Source of the DNA: Campylobacterales bacterium
GTDB taxonomy: Bacteria > Campylobacterota > Campylobacteria > Campylobacterales > Sulfurimonadaceae
Length of the DNA: 10,651 nucleotides
Direction of reading: 5' to 3'
Assembly: GCA_038205935.1 (NCBI GenBank)
Contig: JBBRBK010000068.1
Location: 1-10,651 of the forward strand
Shown: positions 1 to 6,864 of the stretch, in pieces
Layout: every line of letters starts with the position of its first letter
Numbering within the stretch: position 1 is the first letter of the stretch
Position numbers and translations under genes: made by a program
Notes under the pieces: generated by a model
The model's database searches: none
What the model was told of the DNA's origin: nothing
Seen by the model: only the letters and a program-made list of their open reading frames with translations

Positions 1-14
1 TTGGCGACACCCCA
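1..14 (-). tRNA. tRNA-Gln, 5' 14 nt only (remainder lies off the left edge)
   Basis: Reverse complement reads TGGGGTGTCGCCAA, the typical 5' end of bacterial tRNA-Gln (U1, acceptor strand, GCC-AA D-arm start). It lies 19 nt downstream of tRNA-fMet. The anticodon is not visible, so identity is inferred from the 5' sequence. Confidence 0.75.
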
Positions 15-33
15 ATGATTTACAGTTATAAGT

Positions 34-110
<77 letters not shown>

Positions 111-140
111 ATATCTAACAAACAAGCTAAACCTGTTGTT

Positions 141-177
141 GGGCCGAAATTATATGTAAATATAACTATTTTGTCAA
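141..177 (-). promoter_or_regulatory. Consensus sigma70 promoter of the tRNA-Met/tRNA-Gln operon, with GC-rich discriminator
   Basis: On the minus strand: TTGACA (177-172), exactly 17 nt spacer, TATAAT (154-149), then TTCGGCCC (148-141), typical of stable-RNA promoters. Confidence 0.88.
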
Positions 178-191
178 GTAGATTTCTGCTT

Positions 192-223
192 TATAATCCT
201 TTTTAGCTTAGTTTGAATATAAT
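192..223 (+). promoter_or_regulatory. Candidate -10 boxes for ribB
   Basis: TATAAT at 218-223 (preceded by T-rich tracts, 31 nt before the ATG) and a second TATAAT at 192-197. Which is used cannot be determined from sequence. Confidence 0.55.
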
Positions 224-254
224 CACTCACTAATTTACAAATAAAGAAGATTTT

Positions 255-1283
255 ATGACACCAGTGACAAGAGTTTTAAGAGCAATAGAAGATATTAAAA
301 AAGGAAAAATGGTCATCATGGTAGACGATGAAGATCGTGAAAACGAAGGTGATCTCGTCTATGCATCTGTGTTTTCTACGCCCGAACACGTTAATTTTAT
401 GGCAACAAAGGCAAGAGGTCTTATCTGCGTGGCTATAAGTAAAGAGATAGCGACAAGACTTGAACTAAATCCGATGGTAAGTTCAAATACTTCTATGTAT
501 GAGACGGCTTTTACAGTCTCTGTGGACGCCGTAGAAGCAAAAACTGGTATCTCTGCGAACGAGCGAGATATGACTATCAAGATCTTGGCAAATCCTATCA
601 GTAATAAAAATGATCTCGTAAAACCAGGGCATATCTTTCCCCTTATCGCAAAAGATGGCGGAACTTTGGTGCGTACAGGTCACACGGAGGGTTCTGTTGA
701 TCTTTGTCGTCTCTCAGGGCTCAATGAGAGTTCTGTGATTTGTGAGATTATCAAAGATGATGGGACGATGGCTCGCCGCGATGATTTGGATATCTTTGCA
801 AAAGAGCATGATTTAAACATCGTTTATATTTCAGATCTTGTTGAGTATAGACTTGCAAATGAGATTTTAGTGACTCAAGTTAGTGAAGAGCAGATAGAGT
901 TTTTTGGTGTAAAAGTGAAGAAATACAGTTTTGTAGATCATAATAAAATAGAGCATACGGCGATTGTTTTTCATAATGTCGGATCTGTTTCTAATGTAAA
1001 AGTGCATAATGTCCTGCCTGACATCGATTTGCTTTTAAACCAACAAAAATATAATCATCTTGTAGATTCGATTGAATATTTAAAACAAAATAGTGGAGTT
1101 TTAGTTTTTATTAATAAGCCAGCGCATGAAGCAAGTGCATCGATGCGAGAATATGGCATCGGCGCGCAGATACTTAAATCCCTACATGTAAAGAGTATGA
1201 ATCTCATCACATCTTCAAAACAAAAAGAGCTTATTGGTCTTGGCGGTTTTGGTCTTGATATCCATGAGATGGTACATTTATAA
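255..1283 (+). CDS. ribB: 3,4-dihydroxy-2-butanone 4-phosphate synthase fused to a degenerate GTP cyclohydrolase II-like domain (RibBX / 'RibBA' type)
   Basis: DHBPS motifs DDEDRENEGDL, GLICV, TAFTVSVD, PGHIFPL, RTGHTEGSVDL and ICEI. The C-terminal third has the GCHII-like tail REYGIGAQIL...GLGGFGLDI but no cysteines. Confidence 0.95.
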   Translation: MTPVTRVLRAIEDIKKGKMVIMVDDEDRENEGDLVYASVFSTPEHVNFMATKARGLICVAISKEIATRLELNPMVSSNTSMYETAFTVSVDAVEAKTGISANERDMTIKILANPISNKNDLVKPGHIFPLIAKDGGTLVRTGHTEGSVDLCRLSGLNESSVICEIIKDDGTMARRDDLDIFAKEHDLNIVYISDLVEYRLANEILVTQVSEEQIEFFGVKVKKYSFVDHNKIEHTAIVFHNVGSVSNVKVHNVLPDIDLLLNQQKYNHLVDSIEYLKQNSGVLVFINKPAHEASASMREYGIGAQILKSLHVKSMNLITSSKQKELIGLGGFGLDIHEMVHL

Positions 1284-1368
1284 AATAATTTTCATTATAC
1301 CTGCTTGATGGATTCCACAACATCCATCCGCTAGTATTGGCGTCTTTACACGCTTTTATCTGTACTCT
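1231..1368 (-). pseudogene. Probable 3' remnant of a DUF4015-like putative glycoside hydrolase gene
   Basis: My translation of the minus strand from 1368 gives RVQIKACKDANTSGWMLWNPSSRYNENYFINVPSHGYQDQNRQDQ* (stop 1233-1231). It resembles the QI.A..D....GW.LWNP..RY terminal motif I recall for DUF4015 proteins. The frame is closed upstream by TAA at 1419-1417 and has no ATG/GTG/TTG before the motif. Family assignment is from memory. Confidence 0.6.
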
Positions 1369-1434
1369 TTTTATAACATGATAATCTCTTAAGTCGTGTC
1401 TAATTTTGTAGAGCGATTATAGATTAAAAAGGAA

Positions 1435-2289
1435 ATGTACAATATGGATTACTACTTGTCAGTTTTGATAATATTGTTTCAAAGCGGTGTGAGTATTTTA
1501 TTATTTTACATTGTCTTTTCACGATATAAAAAGAAAAGATTACAAAAAATCGTTAATGCTCCATTTTTAAAAGAGCATGAGGCTGTTCTTTTGAAGATTT
1601 CACATTACAATAAACTTAGTAAAATAGATCAAAGAGATATTCAAAAATCGATAATGTTTTTTATAAATACTAAAGAGTTTATCGGCGTACATTGTATTGT
1701 CACGATGGAGATGAAAATCGTTATAGGATTTTATGCGTGTTTACTTCTCTTACATGCGAAGGGCCCTGTGGGTGTAAGCAAAGAAAACTGTTATGAGAAT
1801 CTTAAAACCATCATCATCTATCCAAATACAATTATCTCAAAAGAGATTAGCTCAAATGGTGGCATCTACACAAATGAGCGATTTTTACTCGAAGGCCAAT
1901 CCGCAAGTGATACGGTTGTTTTGAGCTGGCATGAGGCGAAAAAAGAAGCGTATCATCCAAGTCATGGAAATGTCATTATCCACGAGTTTGCACATGAGAT
2001 CGACTTTATGGATGGAGAAGTTGATGGCGTTCCACCAATGCCTGCTTCAAAGTATGAAGCTTGGGCGAGAAGTCTAGGCAGAAATTTTATTGCCTTAAAT
2101 AAAATCGTTTTAAAAAATAGAGAATGGGGGAAGTACAAGCTGCTTGGAAGTTATGCAAGTACAAATGAAGCGGAATTTTTTGCAGTAATCACAGAGCTAT
2201 TTTTTGAAAAACCAAATGCTCTTAAAGAAAACTTTCCTGATCTTTATAACGAACTCTTAGGTTTTTACAAAATAGAGTTTTTGGAGTAG
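1435..2289 (+). CDS. MtfA-like zinc-dependent peptidase (family M90) with N-terminal membrane anchor; likely true start is ATG 1444
   Basis: Motifs LEGQS, VVLSW, NVIIHEFAHEID, DGVPP and YASTNEAEFFAVITELFFEKP...PDLY match MtfA/M90. The hydrophobic N-terminus is followed by RYKKKR. SD AAGGA (1429-1433) is 1 nt from ATG 1435 but 10 nt from ATG 1444. Confidence 0.9.
   Translation: MYNMDYYLSVLIILFQSGVSILLFYIVFSRYKKKRLQKIVNAPFLKEHEAVLLKISHYNKLSKIDQRDIQKSIMFFINTKEFIGVHCIVTMEMKIVIGFYACLLLLHAKGPVGVSKENCYENLKTIIIYPNTIISKEISSNGGIYTNERFLLEGQSASDTVVLSWHEAKKEAYHPSHGNVIIHEFAHEIDFMDGEVDGVPPMPASKYEAWARSLGRNFIALNKIVLKNREWGKYKLLGSYASTNEAEFFAVITELFFEKPNALKENFPDLYNELLGFYKIEFLE
1749..1778. repeat. Imperfect GC-rich 30-bp palindrome inside the peptidase CDS
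   Basis: CTTACA-TGCGA-AGGG|CCCT-GTGGG-TGTAAG. The outer 6-bp inverted repeat and the inner AGGGCCCT palindrome share one symmetry centre (1763/1764); 11 of 15 positions are Watson-Crick complementary, plus 2 G-T. Confidence 0.55.
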
Positions 2290-2294
2290 TTTTC

Positions 2295-3302
2295 TTAAAA
2301 CTCTAAAGTAAGCTGTTGTGTCTTTTTTGTAAAAAAACTTGTTTCTAAGAGGGTTTTATTTTGCTCGGCAATAAGTGCAAAGTGAAAATTCGTACTTTTT
2401 AAGATACTAATAATATCTTGTTGCGTCGTATAGGTGAAGATATTTGCCAATCTTTGTGTCTCATCTATTTTATTTATGGGTAAGATATAGATCAGTTTTG
2501 CCCAGTTTGCCTGATTTTGTAAAAAAGTTATTTGGGACTCTATAAATTCAAAATCTGGCTCAAATATTAGGACTTTATCACTTGTGCCAAACTCTTTGGC
2601 TTCAAAATTTTTGTTTGTAAAAACAGGTTCAAAATGAGAAAGATGTTTAAAAGAATTTATTTTGAAATCGATTTTTTCCTCTTTAAAAAGAGATAAAAGA
2701 ATCTCTAAGTAAGGGATAAAAAAGACAGACAAAGCTTGTCTTTCGTAGTAGATATCATCATAGATAAAAGAGGTCTCAAAAAGTGTTTGTTCTATGATAC
2801 TGATATTTACATCAGTACTCTTTGGCATCTCTTTTGCATGAGTGAAAATATCCTTACATGTAAAGGTGTGCGAAAACAAAACAACAGCGTCTTGAGGGAT
2901 CTCCCAGAGTTCTTTAAAGGTATTATAGATATCACCATTAAGAGCTTTAAAACGTTCTTCTGTGGAGATTTGTAATGAAAGGTCAAGCGTTATGGCATCA
3001 CATTCATAAGCGCTGATATTTTTATCTAATATATGAAATCGTAGAATGCGTAAAAGCGCGCTTTGCAGATCATCTACCTTGATCCAAGCAATCTCGCTGT
3101 CACACATCTGCATAGGAGAATCAAAAAGAATCCCATACGCACCGTTTTGTATGGCAAGCTCTATTTCACTGTTTTCTTTAGCGACGAAAAGAGAGCCTCT
3201 TTTGACACTCTTTACTTCGTAAGTAATGCCGCTAAAATCACTAACATAAGGAGAATTTAGAAGTGTTGCATGGGTTAATGCGATGACATTTTCTAGTCTC
3301 AT
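2295..3302 (-). CDS. Conserved Campylobacterota hypothetical protein with Mur-ligase-like N-terminal domain (Cj0837c-like)
   Basis: 335-aa ORF with ATGA overlap on the metG stop. N-terminus FSGITYEVKSVKRGSLFVA...AIQNGAYGILF...WIKVDDLQSAL resembles the MurE/MurF N-domain. No G-x-x-GKT P-loop follows. Confidence 0.8.
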   Translation of the reverse strand: MRLENVIALTHATLLNSPYVSDFSGITYEVKSVKRGSLFVAKENSEIELAIQNGAYGILFDSPMQMCDSEIAWIKVDDLQSALLRILRFHILDKNISAYECDAITLDLSLQISTEERFKALNGDIYNTFKELWEIPQDAVVLFSHTFTCKDIFTHAKEMPKSTDVNISIIEQTLFETSFIYDDIYYERQALSVFFIPYLEILLSLFKEEKIDFKINSFKHLSHFEPVFTNKNFEAKEFGTSDKVLIFEPDFEFIESQITFLQNQANWAKLIYILPINKIDETQRLANIFTYTTQQDIISILKSTNFHFALIAEQNKTLLETSFFTKKTQQLTLEF

Positions 3303-5266
3303 CCAATCGGTGTGCCCGCTTTTCTAGATTTTTCAGGTCTGATAAGACAAAGTCCATCTTCATCTTTTGCAGCTAAGAGCATACCCTCAGAAAGTAGTCC
3401 CATTAGTTTTGCAGGTTTAAGGTTTGCAACGACACATACTTGTGTATTGATAAGTTCCTCAGGAGTATAAAACTCTCTTATTCCAGCGAGGATTTGGCGG
3501 GGAACTTCTTCACCTACATCTACTTTGAGCTGGATCAGTTTTTTACTTTTTGGAACCTCTGCGGCATCTAAAACCGTACCGATTTTTAAAGCTGTTTCAA
3601 AAAACTGTCCGATTTCGATAAGGTTATCACCTTCAACCGTCGTCTCTTTTTTCGCTTCCATCTTTTTTGGTTCAGCTTTGACTTCTACGACTAGAGTTTC
3701 CTCTTTTGCACTGTTATCTTGCATCAAAGGCTCTTCGACGCGAGGAAAAAGTGGTGGAACTTGTTTAATGACAAAAGCTTTAAGTAGAGATTTTTCAACT
3801 ACGATGGCTTTATATGATGTGCTGTCTATAGTAAATCCAAGTGCATCAGCAACTGTTGACGTTGTACTAGGCATGACAGGATGTAGAGCTACAGCGGCTT
3901 TTGCTAGGACATTGGCAACAAGTGCGACAGTTGCAAGTGCTTCATCTTTTTTGTCTTCTTTCATTTTTACCCAAGGAGCATGTTCTTCGATCGCTTTATT
4001 ACCGATGCTAAAGAGTTTCCATAGTTCTTCTAAGTATCTATGAGGTTGAAGATTTGTGATATATTCATCCAAACTATCTAAGATGATATTCGCTTCGTTG
4101 ATCTCTTTGGTGTGGTATTTTAAAACATCCACGCTATCGATATGAAATTCAGAATATTTCCCACTCATACCGATAATACGGTTTAAAAGATTTCCAAGAT
4201 CATTACTGAGATCTGAGTTGATACGGTCGATGAATGCACGTTGAGAAAAGTCACCGTCTTGACCAAATGGTACTTCACGGAGCATAAAATATCTGAAGTT
4301 TTCTAAGCCATACGCTTCGCTAACCTCTTTTGGAGAGACGACATTGCCTTTTGACTTACTCATTTTTTCGCCATCTCTTGTCCACCAGCCGTGAGCACCA
4401 ATATGTTTTGGAAGCGGAAGGTCGAGACTCATCAAAAATGCAGGCCAGTAGATCGCGTGAAAACGAAGGATATCTTTTCCAACAAGGTGCATTTGCGCAG
4501 GCCAATAGCCCATATTTTCTTCATCTTTTCCATATCCAAGCGCTGTAATATAGTTTAAAAGAGCGTCAAGCCAAACATACATAACATGTTTGTCATCATT
4601 AAAAGACGCAGGAAGAGTAACACCCCAAGTGAAGCTTGTACGAGTTACAGAGAGGTCATGAAGACCATTTTTTACAAAGTTTATAACTTCATTTCTTTTT
4701 GAACGAGGAAGAATGAAATCTGGATGAGACTCATAATATTCCAAAAGAGGTTTTTCATATTTTGAGAGATTAAAAAAGTAGCTTTCCTCTTTTACGATGC
4801 TTGTTGCACGCCCACAATCAGGACAAAATTCGCCATCAATGAGCTGAGTTTCAGGGAAAAAAGTCTCACAACTTACACAGTAGTGACCTTCATAATCGCC
4901 TTTGTATATATCGCCTTTTTCATACATTTTAAGAAATGCATGTTGTACACCTTGCATGTGGTAATCATCAGTCGTTCTAATGAACTTGTCATAACTGATA
5001 CCAAAATCATCCCAAAGGTTTTTAAAAGTCGCACTGATCTCGTCTGCGAACTCTTTTGTAGATTTGCCGTTTTTCTTTGCAGATTCTTCGATCTTTTGAC
5101 CATGTTCATCTGTTCCTGTTAAAAAGAAAACATCTTCGCCTTTAAGTCTACCGTAACGTGCGAGTGTATCAGCTATAAAAGTTGTATACGCATGACCTAT
5201 GTGAGCTTCGCCATTGACATAGTATATTGGCGTCGTTATGTAGTTTTTCATAAAATCCCTATTCAT
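3299..5266 (-). CDS. metG: Methionine--tRNA ligase with C-terminal tRNA-binding OB-fold domain (alternative start ATG 5251)
   Basis: YITTPIYYVN, HIGH, TGTDEHGQK, zinc knuckle CVSC...CPDC, YVWLDAL, GKDILRFHAIYWPA, KMSKS, and C-terminal VVANLKPAKLMGLLSEGMLLAA. Confidence 0.99.
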   Translation of the reverse strand: MNRDFMKNYITTPIYYVNGEAHIGHAYTTFIADTLARYGRLKGEDVFFLTGTDEHGQKIEESAKKNGKSTKEFADEISATFKNLWDDFGISYDKFIRTTDDYHMQGVQHAFLKMYEKGDIYKGDYEGHYCVSCETFFPETQLIDGEFCPDCGRATSIVKEESYFFNLSKYEKPLLEYYESHPDFILPRSKRNEVINFVKNGLHDLSVTRTSFTWGVTLPASFNDDKHVMYVWLDALLNYITALGYGKDEENMGYWPAQMHLVGKDILRFHAIYWPAFLMSLDLPLPKHIGAHGWWTRDGEKMSKSKGNVVSPKEVSEAYGLENFRYFMLREVPFGQDGDFSQRAFIDRINSDLSNDLGNLLNRIIGMSGKYSEFHIDSVDVLKYHTKEINEANIILDSLDEYITNLQPHRYLEELWKLFSIGNKAIEEHAPWVKMKEDKKDEALATVALVANVLAKAAVALHPVMPSTTSTVADALGFTIDSTSYKAIVVEKSLLKAFVIKQVPPLFPRVEEPLMQDNSAKEETLVVEVKAEPKKMEAKKETTVEGDNLIEIGQFFETALKIGTVLDAAEVPKSKKLIQLKVDVGEEVPRQILAGIREFYTPEELINTQVCVVANLKPAKLMGLLSEGMLLAAKDEDGLCLIRPEKSRKAGTPIG

Positions 5267-5464
5267 TTAAAATTCAAATCCACCGGTCTGTCCTTTTGAC
5301 ATTGAGTCATATACAGCCGCAATATATTTATTTCTAAGTTCACAGCCTATGTAATGTTCACATTTACTGCAACTCTCTAGTGTTTTTTCTTCCTGACATT
5401 TTTGAATCTCGACTATCATCATATCTAGTCTTTGTTCATAGATATCAGTTTCTTGCATAGACAT
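5267..5464 (-). CDS. Small conserved four-cysteine protein (Cj0839c-like); start 5464 or 5458
   Basis: 65-aa ORF fills the gap between fbp and metG, with its stop abutting metG (TAA-ATG). Pattern C-x8-C-x2-C-x5-C and C-terminal [15 protein letters not shown]. Confidence 0.85.
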   Translation of the reverse strand: MSMQETDIYEQRLDMMIVEIQKCQEEKTLESCSKCEHYIGCELRNKYIAAVYDSMSKGQTGGFEF

Positions 5465-6284
5465 CTTTTACTCTTGAGATCTCGTGCTTTGAGCCGAAAA
5501 AACATGGAGATGTATCGTGTACATGAGCGCATGAAAGGCTAAGTAGATTATTTTTTCCATCGATCGCTTCACCGCCAGCTTTAGTGTACATGTAAGCAAA
5601 TGGAAACACTTCAAAAAGCTTACGAAGTTTGCCCTCAGGTTTGTCAGAAGTTGCTGGATATGAGAAAAGTCCGCCACCTTTGAGAAGGATTTGATGTAAA
5701 TCTGGAACCATTCCACCTGAATAGCGAAGTCTATAGCCCTCTGCAAAAAACGAATCTACAAGCTCTTTATGGTAGGGAAGCCAGTTTTGCTGTGTGCCTC
5801 CTGGAGCGTTTAGTTTGCCTTTTTCTTTTAAGTGAATTTCTTTAACAAACTCAAAATCTCCCGCTTGAAGCAAGTAAAGTTTTACTTTGTTTTCGGCGAA
5901 TACCATCTCAACGCGAGGACCGTAAACAATGTAGCAAGATGCAACCATATTCTCAGCGCCAAATCCACCTTTATAGATTCCAAAGATAGAACCTACACTA
6001 AGATTGACATCAATAAGTGATGAACCATCAAGAGGATCATAAGCGATGAAGTAAGGTGCATCATCTCTGAATTTCATCGCATCTTCTTTTTCTTCACTTG
6101 CGATTGTGTTTATAGATAAAACATTGCTAAATTCCTCTTCGATAATCATGTCACACTTGATATCAAGCTGAAGTTGCGTTTCTCCTGAGCTGTTCTCAGA
6201 CTCGGAATATCCAAAATCTTTTACATCTATTGCAGTTTTAATACGTTTCGCACTTCTTTGTATCGCATCAAATATATCTCTCAT
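5445..6284 (-). CDS. fbp: Fructose-1,6-bisphosphatase class 1
   Basis: [61 protein letters not shown] and GKLRKLFE. Confidence 0.98.
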   Translation of the reverse strand: MRDIFDAIQRSAKRIKTAIDVKDFGYSESENSSGETQLQLDIKCDMIIEEEFSNVLSINTIASEEKEDAMKFRDDAPYFIAYDPLDGSSLIDVNLSVGSIFGIYKGGFGAENMVASCYIVYGPRVEMVFAENKVKLYLLQAGDFEFVKEIHLKEKGKLNAPGGTQQNWLPYHKELVDSFFAEGYRLRYSGGMVPDLHQILLKGGGLFSYPATSDKPEGKLRKLFEVFPFAYMYTKAGGEAIDGKNNLLSLSCAHVHDTSPCFFGSKHEISRVKDVYARN

Positions 6285-6812
6285 TTATACTTCCTTTGCA
6301 TTATTAAATATCCACTCAATTACTTCGTCTGTATTATTTAAATTCAGAATTTTGACATCTTTTGGAATCTCATATTTATTAATATCTATAGTCTCGTCAA
6401 CTGCGAGCGCATCCATGTACTCAAAATAACTCTCATCAAGAGAGTTTCTAAACACACTAATACGCGGTAGTGGAAGACTTTTAAGACCTTCTACAAGTAA
6501 GATATCAAACTCTCCAAAAACTCGTATCATCTCATCGAGTTCTTTTTGTCTATTTGAAAAGTATGTTGTACGAGTAGAAGAAGTGACGATGACTTCCGCA
6601 CCCGTATCTGTAAACTTATAACTATCTTTACCCTCAACATCAAATCTTGCTTTATCTTTTGGATCATGTTTGATGATTGCGACCTCTTTGCCATGCTCAT
6701 GGATAAGCTTTCTTGCAATTTTGAGTATTAATGTTGTTTTTCCGCTATTTGAAGGGCCCGTAAAAGCCACTGCTATTCTCTTTTTCATCTTTGGATTATA
6801 CTTCATACTCAT
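6285..6812 (-). CDS. mobB: Molybdopterin-guanine dinucleotide biosynthesis protein B; likely true start is ATG 6788 (MKKRIAV...)
   Basis: Walker A GPSNSGKTTL, VAIIKHD, D..GKDSYKF..TGA and DILLVEGLK..PLPRI are MobB motifs. Confidence 0.93.
   Translation of the reverse strand: MSMKYNPKMKKRIAVAFTGPSNSGKTTLILKIARKLIHEHGKEVAIIKHDPKDKARFDVEGKDSYKFTDTGAEVIVTSSTRTTYFSNRQKELDEMIRVFGEFDILLVEGLKSLPLPRISVFRNSLDESYFEYMDALAVDETIDINKYEIPKDVKILNLNNTDEVIEWIFNNAKEV
6795..6800 (-). promoter_or_regulatory. -10 box of the mobB-fbp-metG operon (probably leaderless)
   Basis: Minus strand reads AAG-TATAAT-CCAAAG-ATG: a perfect -10 hexamer 6 nt before ATG 6788. Confidence 0.65.
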
Positions 6813-6822
6813 TAAAAAGTTG

Positions 6823-6835
6823 TTTAAGCTATAAT
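6823..6835 (+). promoter_or_regulatory. -10 box of the lipoprotein gene
   Basis: TTTAAGC-TATAAT (hexamer 6830-6835), in the Campylobacterota RpoD-type context. SD-like AGG at 6855-6857, ATG at 6865. Confidence 0.7.
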
Positions 6836-6864
6836 TAGAAATCTTAAATTTTTCAGGTTTTTTT

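Noticed and set aside
111..254. FMN riboswitch upstream of ribB
   Set aside because: No AGGGC..GGTG-AAATTCC-type RFN motifs. The interval is filled by divergent promoters and the likely 5' UTR is only about 25-50 nt.
359..683. Minus-strand ORFs 359..580 and 483..683
   Set aside because: Antisense shadows wholly inside the well-supported ribB, with no recognisable motifs.
1294..1299. Minus-strand TATAAT pointing into the ribB 3' end (antisense promoter)
   Set aside because: It coincides with Tyr-Asn codons of the gene remnant, and a lone hexamer is expected by chance in AT-rich DNA.
2736..3260. Plus-strand ORFs 2736..2975 and 3063..3260
   Set aside because: Antisense to the 335-aa operonic gene, with no motifs or convincing SD.
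3620..3730. Glu/Lys-rich low-complexity stretch in MetG
   Set aside because: Ordinary flexible linker before the C-terminal OB-fold; no DNA tandem repeat is visible.
3525..5122. ORFs 3525..4043, 4330..4548, 4873..5109 and 4883..5122 within metG
   Set aside because: Shadow or out-of-frame ORFs. The 172-aa one is the in-register antisense frame, with the Ser/Thr/Phe-rich composition that mirrors metG codons.
6751..6759. GAAGGGCCC, identical to part of the palindrome at 1758-1766, as a second copy of the element
   Set aside because: Here it encodes the conserved Gly-Pro-Ser of the MobB Walker A motif and lacks the flanking inverted repeat.
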